Origin: an uncultured Methanosarcinales archaeon
GTDB lineage: Archaea; Nanobdellota; Nanobdellia; Woesearchaeales; SKGA01
DNA: 64,000 nucleotides
Direction of reading: 5' to 3'
Assembly (NCBI GenBank): GCA_964428445.1
Contig: CAYRYC010000001.1
Coordinates: forward strand, 13,704 to 77,703
Shown here: positions 60,001-64,000 of the stretch, piece after piece
Layout: every line of letters starts with the position of its first letter
Numbering within the stretch: the stretch's first letter is position 1
Notes under the pieces: model-generated
What the model saw: only the letters and a program-made list of their open reading frames with translations
Database searches by the model: none
What the model was told of the DNA's origin: nothing
Made by a program: the position numbers and the translations under genes

Positions 60001-63000
60001 TGAGAATCATAATCATTATCAGAACCATCTGCACATGCATCCCATTCGGTTAATTCTATATTAGGACAAGCATAACAAATACCATTTGAAAAAAGACCGA
60101 ATGAACCAAACGCTTGATAACAATCAGGATCAAAACAATCTTTAGGCCCATCCAAATCATCATCTATATTGTTATCGCAATAGAAATCAATTCTTGGAAG
60201 AAAAAAGAAAAATGCATCTGAAGCATTAAACTCGTAGTCTAAACAAACATCATACACATTTTCAGGATTAGCTACACCAATACAATTAGGATCGGAACAA
60301 TCTATTCCTCCACTTGCATTTGCACTATATCCTGCACCATTCCAATAGTATGCATCCATATCATTATCTATATTATCAAAACACCAGGACGCGTTAAGTG
60401 CTTCTGATGAAGGAACTTCAGCTTTATCCGCACAATCATAGTCATCGAAATCAGCATCATTGCTGAAAGTTTGATTGAATAATAATGCATATAGAGTTTG
60501 ATTATTTGTCCAACCAGGATTCGGCATTGAACCTGCTTCAGAATCATAATCATTATCAAACTCATCATAGCAATTTAGTTCTCTTTCTAATTCGCAAACT
60601 TTTCCATTGCTTAATGTTTCGTTACCACAATCTTCATCGGGATGATTATCAGAACCATAGGAAAAATATCCTCCCCAATGACAATCCATTCCAGCTCCAC
60701 TTGTTAGGTTGAAAGAATAACCGTTTGCTCCACCAGTGGTTGTATACCAAAGGTCCCAATCGTTATCAACACCATCATTACATTCAGAACCGAGTTCATT
60801 ATCATCTAATGTTGCTCGACAATGGGAAGAACAATCATATTCGGCATCATTATAGGAACCCGTTAGACTTCCTTCACAATCTAGTTCTTGCCAATAGTCA
60901 TTATCAAAACCATCGGTACAATTTAATTCAATTTTATATTGACATACTTGTGTTGCATTACTTGGATTAATAATTACATCACAATCTTTATCTCTACAAT
61001 CAATATCAGTTAATCCTGTATTAGCATGACCCCACATATCATCTTCTAGAGCCCAATCATTATTGTATTGATCGAAACATGCAGCCGCATCAATATACTC
61101 TCCACCATAACCACAACGACCTGTTGTGTCACCGTTCGTATAATAATCGTCGTGGGCAGGAGGACCTGGTTTAGTATTACAATCAATATCATAACAATCA
61201 TAGGATTGAAAATCAAAACAATATTGTTCGTTTCCACTACAATCTAAATAATCAAAGTCTCCGTTCTTTGTATCATTACAAGAATCCCAAGTCATACTTG
61301 GATCGTTTAGGCGAATTTCCCATTCGTTATTGTTATCGCTGCTCCATCGTGGACGACTATCACCAATCGGGATATATGTTAGATCGTCGAAATAAATTGT
61401 TATGTTAACAGTATCTTCGTAAGCAACTAAACCTTCTAAATAATTTAATGTAAGTTCAATAATATATCCTTCATCCATGCTTACGTTTGATTCATTGAAA
61501 TAAATAAGTAAAGTTGTATCTATGTTTGCAATCTCCGTTCCACCTGCTTGATATGATCGAAGAATAACTTGGTTCGTATGCGTTTCTGATTCGTTGAGAG
61601 TATCCTGATCTACAGGAATATTATTTTTATCTAAGAAATAAACAAATTCACCGTTGCTTGATCCAGTACCTGGGAAAATTTTTGTAACATTTTCTATTTG
61701 AGGAAAACCTCTAACAAAAATAGTTGCTGTTTTAGAAACAGACCAATGAGATAATCTCATTTTGAATGTACCATTAGGCATTGTGTGTTGCGTGTATTCA
61801 ATACTTGTTTCTCCAAAACTAGAACTGAACGATGTTGTGTTTATTTCCATGTCTCCTATAGGAATATCATTTGCCAATGTTCCGTGAGAACCGGAAGGAG
61901 AATAGTATAAACTAGTGTTGGCAAAAGATTGTTTTGGTTTATTACTATATGTAACTCCCCAACATTCAGGATCTGCAGTATCAATTAATGAATCTGGTTC
62001 TGTTGGATTATCAATTTCATCATGACAAAATAATTCTACATTTGTTCCGCCGTATTTTGAAACTGCGAACGCAACGTCTCCGTCTTGATCTGCTTTTATG
62101 GTGTTTTGTGCAAACATGTCTTCTGCGGATTTTGCATTTACTGAATTTGCAATATCACCAAGTGTCCATGTTATTGGACGTACATGGATATTCCAATTTA
62201 CAGAATCATTAACAACAATTGGTGAAAGCGAAGCATTGTAATGACCACACTCAAGAACTCTCCAAGGAATCCAGTTATCGGAAGTTCCATTTCCCGTTGA
62301 ATTTATGCTGTCAGAAGAAACTAGTACATAGGTGACACTGACGTTTCCATCTGTTATGTTAGACGTTAAGGTAGTGTTAGCAAAGATTTGGCGACAGCCA
62401 GCTAAACCGTCATCGTAACAATTGGACTGGTTAATATAACAACCCACAATGTCACCCAATGTACCAGTAATATGATCGAAAGGTATTGTAAAATTATAGA
62501 GATAGTTTCCTGCCGCAGGAAGCGGACTTGGTTCAAGATAATAGAATCCTTCAGGATATGTTGGATAAATGATATTATTTGCTTGAACTGTAAAACTTAC
62601 ATTGACTTCGTCAACGCTGTTAGAACAATTTCGTTCATCGATTACTGTAAAAGTTAGATTACTTATTCCGACGGTGGAAGAATTAGGAGTAACAGTTATT
62701 GTTCCGTTAGAATATAGATTGAATGTTAAATTTCCGCTTGTTGTATTTTGATAATAATATAATATGTCATCATTAAAATCAGTGGCGTCAAGTTGACAGG
62801 AATAATATGCTCCTTCGAAAAGATCAGTAGAACAATTAAATAAGATTTCAGGCGGATTATTAATGCAGGTTTGAACAGAACCATCAATGGCATCGCCAGT
62901 TACCCAGCTCGACATATCCATATCATGGAAGGCAAGATATGTTGGAACAAACAATGTTAACACTAGAGCTATAAATAGCACTACGCCTAACACCCTTTGC

Positions 63001-63065
63001 GTGACCACCTTGTCACAATAGCAGATTCTGGCCTTTAAAAGTGTTTCTTTATAAAGGAAATGCAT
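57006..63065 (-). CDS. giant (2019 aa) Cys/Asp-rich cell-surface protein with N-terminal signal/anchor, C-terminal TM helix and cytoplasmic tail
   Basis: N-terminus VVLFIALVLTLFVPTYLA. At least 10 TSP3-like repeats (CSDNYDNDGDGQVDCQDSDC, CNDDIDNDGDGSIDCVDSDC, CTDGFDNDYWQELDC, and others). Gly8 linker. Five tandem ~24-aa Cys repeats of the form C-x-[DN]-G-I-x-N-x-x-E-x-x-[IV]-D-C-G-G-x-C-x-x-C. TM helix IIGFGLLALILLGAIKIA, then a ~280-aa coiled-coil tail. Confidence 0.7.
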   Translation of the reverse strand: MHFLYKETLLKARICYCDKVVTQRVLGVVLFIALVLTLFVPTYLAFHDMDMSSWVTGDAIDGSVQTCINNPPEILFNCSTDLFEGAYYSCQLDATDFNDDILYYYQNTTSGNLTFNLYSNGTITVTPNSSTVGISNLTFTVIDERNCSNSVDEVNVSFTVQANNIIYPTYPEGFYYLEPSPLPAAGNYLYNFTIPFDHITGTLGDIVGCYINQSNCYDDGLAGCRQIFANTTLTSNITDGNVSVTYVLVSSDSINSTGNGTSDNWIPWRVLECGHYNASLSPIVVNDSVNWNIHVRPITWTLGDIANSVNAKSAEDMFAQNTIKADQDGDVAFAVSKYGGTNVELFCHDEIDNPTEPDSLIDTADPECWGVTYSNKPKQSFANTSLYYSPSGSHGTLANDIPIGDMEINTTSFSSSFGETSIEYTQHTMPNGTFKMRLSHWSVSKTATIFVRGFPQIENVTKIFPGTGSSNGEFVYFLDKNNIPVDQDTLNESETHTNQVILRSYQAGGTEIANIDTTLLIYFNESNVSMDEGYIIELTLNYLEGLVAYEDTVNITIYFDDLTYIPIGDSRPRWSSDNNNEWEIRLNDPSMTWDSCNDTKNGDFDYLDCSGNEQYCFDFQSYDCYDIDCNTKPGPPAHDDYYTNGDTTGRCGYGGEYIDAAACFDQYNNDWALEDDMWGHANTGLTDIDCRDKDCDVIINPSNATQVCQYKIELNCTDGFDNDYWQELDCEGSLTGSYNDAEYDCSSHCRATLDDNELGSECNDGVDNDWDLWYTTTGGANGYSFNLTSGAGMDCHWGGYFSYGSDNHPDEDCGNETLSNGKVCELERELNCYDEFDNDYDSEAGSMPNPGWTNNQTLYALLFNQTFSNDADFDDYDCADKAEVPSSEALNASWCFDNIDNDMDAYYWNGAGYSANASGGIDCSDPNCIGVANPENVYDVCLDYEFNASDAFFFFLPRIDFYCDNNIDDDLDGPKDCFDPDCYQAFGSFGLFSNGICYACPNIELTEWDACADGSDNDYDSQIDENDADCLYQLSSYDHQFYLAIENNAYLCSDNYDNDGDGQVDCQDSDCLGFASCSAEVCNDDIDNDGDGSIDCVDSDCAAQAYCIVNTLMTGTYVPPSTSSQTFDGLYALWDNRVRLGNNFTIQFTYGSYSSTAYLWLGNLLGVALPVHLGLQGENFITTGSTQANFETQSYSEDGSNTKGQIVLQDAVNGSGASSISMTVNIPTNDTIFNDAFELYFTIAVPSTGHSIDFRILDNISPTVNLAISEPSASSVNISYGSGVWFGVSANDTENGDYQDGTIDRCFYNASGPNSYLVSGDDASDCKFTIGNMVESGTYNFSFWARDDTGNYATAVSESKTINIIPAYKSGSFLLTNNFYNSSLITISVSSQFYSDDSESISKCNVYYQATNGSVVNAGTIPASYSGDLVTCSGSITTPSDDNLYGLWTGIYDLDLDPANSTKESFFICNNYSSSGVGTNGELWNCTYAPANLNEACDFVDAPLVTLVAPTDNTQSTSTTQTFTCNVTSNTDLYNFSLSVWNANTGVIFYENSISSSGNSDSNSWIVSGLPLATYEWNCLAYDVYFASSWATTNNTLKIGTTTTPPGGGGGGGGFCTPNWFCPDWSPCNENGTKNRTCVDNNSCYTNNELYFEESCEQLIFCENGIQDEFEEGVDCGGECKPCASCNDGIKNQGEEDIDCGGLFCDVCKTCFDGIFNNFEEEIDCGGPFCVPCKNCFDGIQNYGELGVDCGGPCEPCGTCFDGIKNQNEKGVDCGGSCEACKAGELFDNKTARIIGFGLLALILLGAIKIASKYGIIALGHKAKQVLLTAAQKKQLLRNLSGLEKESVSTKSVDVPQHKLSLLFTNFFGFIFTNSRMKENNRSIEKLSTTNKVKKSLKDQEEIHKLLSKEELLSREELLLSLELFREQVLSISKTETEDVARSINEMSLSEEPFKRVQELLYNATLALEFDELLISKKKYSEAVKIYETLSEEEKEKLHPFLQAAFAELDYSSTFTKEK
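57700..58110 (-). repeat. in-frame tandem nucleotide repeats (~72-75 bp period, 5 copies) encoding the C-terminal Cys-rich modules of the giant protein
   Basis: Recurring ccgccacaatcaa[c/t] segments at ~57770, 57880, 57960 and 58030 on the plus strand. Confidence 0.5.
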
Positions 63066-63128
63066 TTGTTGTCACTTTTTAGGAATAACAATAGAAATAT
63101 TTATAAAGAGTGAATTGTGACAAATAAT

Positions 63129-64000
63129 ATGAAACTTCCAAAAGTATCTTCACTTCTCAAAATACTAGGCCTTTTTGGAGCAGGATTGCTATTAAGTGCA
63201 AACAGCACAGCACAATCCACAACAATCCTTCACGGGACCGTAAAATTAGCCTATGATAGCACCACGGTCGTTGAAGACGCTGAAATAAACATTTGGAAAG
63301 CAGGAAATCCTACAGACACATTACACTTTAATTCTGACAATCTGGGAGAATACATTACATATGAATTTAATATTAATGAAGACACAATAGTAAACATAGA
63401 CGATTACTCAGCACCTAAATTAGAAGATATTCTTATCACAAACAATCCTGGACAAGGACATCACTTTATTGTTCCAAGCGATGAAAAACCAAAAGATCTA
63501 GCTAAGATCTATAACGTACAAGGAAAAGAAGTCGCAAGCATCGAAGCTCTTATGAAAAACGGAAATATTGTAAGTTCATGGGATGGAAAAACTGCTGATG
63601 GAATAGCAAAAAACGGACTCTACATATATTCATTAGAATTAGAAAATGGAGAACGAGTTTCAGAAAAATTTATACAAACTACAAACGGAAGTCAAAGCGC
63701 ATATCTTTCTAAATCAATCGAGCCTAAAAACGAACTAAACACTAAAGCTCTTAAAGATATTATGATCGATGGAACATACGTCTTTGAAGTAAAATCAAAC
63801 TCAGGAATAACAAGCCATGATTTCCCAACACAACTAGACACATTCTTAATTTCAGGAAGTTTAGGAACAAATTTTGTAGAACACTATGTACAATCAGTTC
63901 CACAACACAAAACATTCAATTTTATAGTTCGAGAACCATACTATTCAGATGGTGTAGAAAATGTTAAAGTTCTAGCTACAGATTCCTTAACAGGAACAGT
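63129..64000 (+). CDS. secreted protein (3'-truncated by window end) with CarboxypepD_reg-like and FlgD-Ig/T9SS-CTD-like beta-sandwich modules
   Basis: Not in the ORF track, so translated by hand: MKLPKVSSLLKILGLFGAGLLLSANSTAQS (signal peptide). Then TILHGTVKLAYDSTTVVEDAEINIWKAG, and IYNVQGKEVASIE...GLYIYSLELENGERVSEKFI. No stop before position 64000. Divergent from the giant gene, sharing a 63-bp promoter region. Confidence 0.5.
   Translation, partial: MKLPKVSSLLKILGLFGAGLLLSANSTAQSTTILHGTVKLAYDSTTVVEDAEINIWKAGNPTDTLHFNSDNLGEYITYEFNINEDTIVNIDDYSAPKLEDILITNNPGQGHHFIVPSDEKPKDLAKIYNVQGKEVASIEALMKNGNIVSSWDGKTADGIAKNGLYIYSLELENGERVSEKFIQTTNGSQSAYLSKSIEPKNELNTKALKDIMIDGTYVFEVKSNSGITSHDFPTQLDTFLISGSLGTNFVEHYVQSVPQHKTFNFIVREPYYSDGVENVKVLATDSLTGT

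Noticed and set aside
57662-62657. Multiple His/Asn/Tyr-rich plus-strand ORFs inside the giant surface-protein gene
   Set aside because: They are antisense frames of the Asp/Asn/Cys-rich repeats. One continuous 2019-aa minus-strand ORF explains the region.

Overview
This is an AT-rich (~30-35% GC) archaeal chromosomal segment, most consistent with a small-genome DPANN-like archaeon. Everything below is read by eye from the sequence and the ORF track; no searches were run.

Core content:
- Information-processing genes: family B DNA polymerase, gyrB, aEF-1alpha plus S10, aEF-2, the conserved L7Ae-S28e-L24e-NDK cluster, SRP54, GluRS, diphthine-ammonia ligase, and a histone-fold protein.
- tRNAs: five tRNA genes, two with introns near the canonical position (tRNA-Met and tRNA-Thr) and two with degenerate 3'-end copies beside them.
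- Promoters: TTTATAAA-like boxes sit about 26 nt upstream of many start codons, implying mostly leaderless mRNAs; a subset of genes has GAGGT/GGTGA Shine-Dalgarno sites instead.

Accessory content:
- A 1617-aa protein with a PPDK-type ATP-grasp N-terminus and three phosphohistidine swivel domains.
- A swivel-only protein co-operonic with a low-molecular-weight phosphotyrosine phosphatase.
- A type IV pilin-like glycoprotein operon, with a PibD/FlaK-type prepilin peptidase elsewhere in the window.
- A GLUG-repeat surface protein inserted between the EF-2 and EF-1alpha genes.
- A 2019-aa Cys/Asp-rich giant surface protein with a C-terminal TM anchor, next to a MacB/FtsX-type ABC system with duplicated permeases and repeated ~27-nt intergenic motifs.
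- A tRNA-Thr-bounded segment carrying PIN, MNT/HEPN-like, E1-like and DHH genes.
- A standalone ABC-type ATPase.

The most striking non-coding signal is a conserved stem-loop plus Shine-Dalgarno-sequestering hairpin found upstream of both ndk and the EF-2 gene inside the ribosomal cluster.

No rRNA, CRISPR array, transposase or integrase was recognised.
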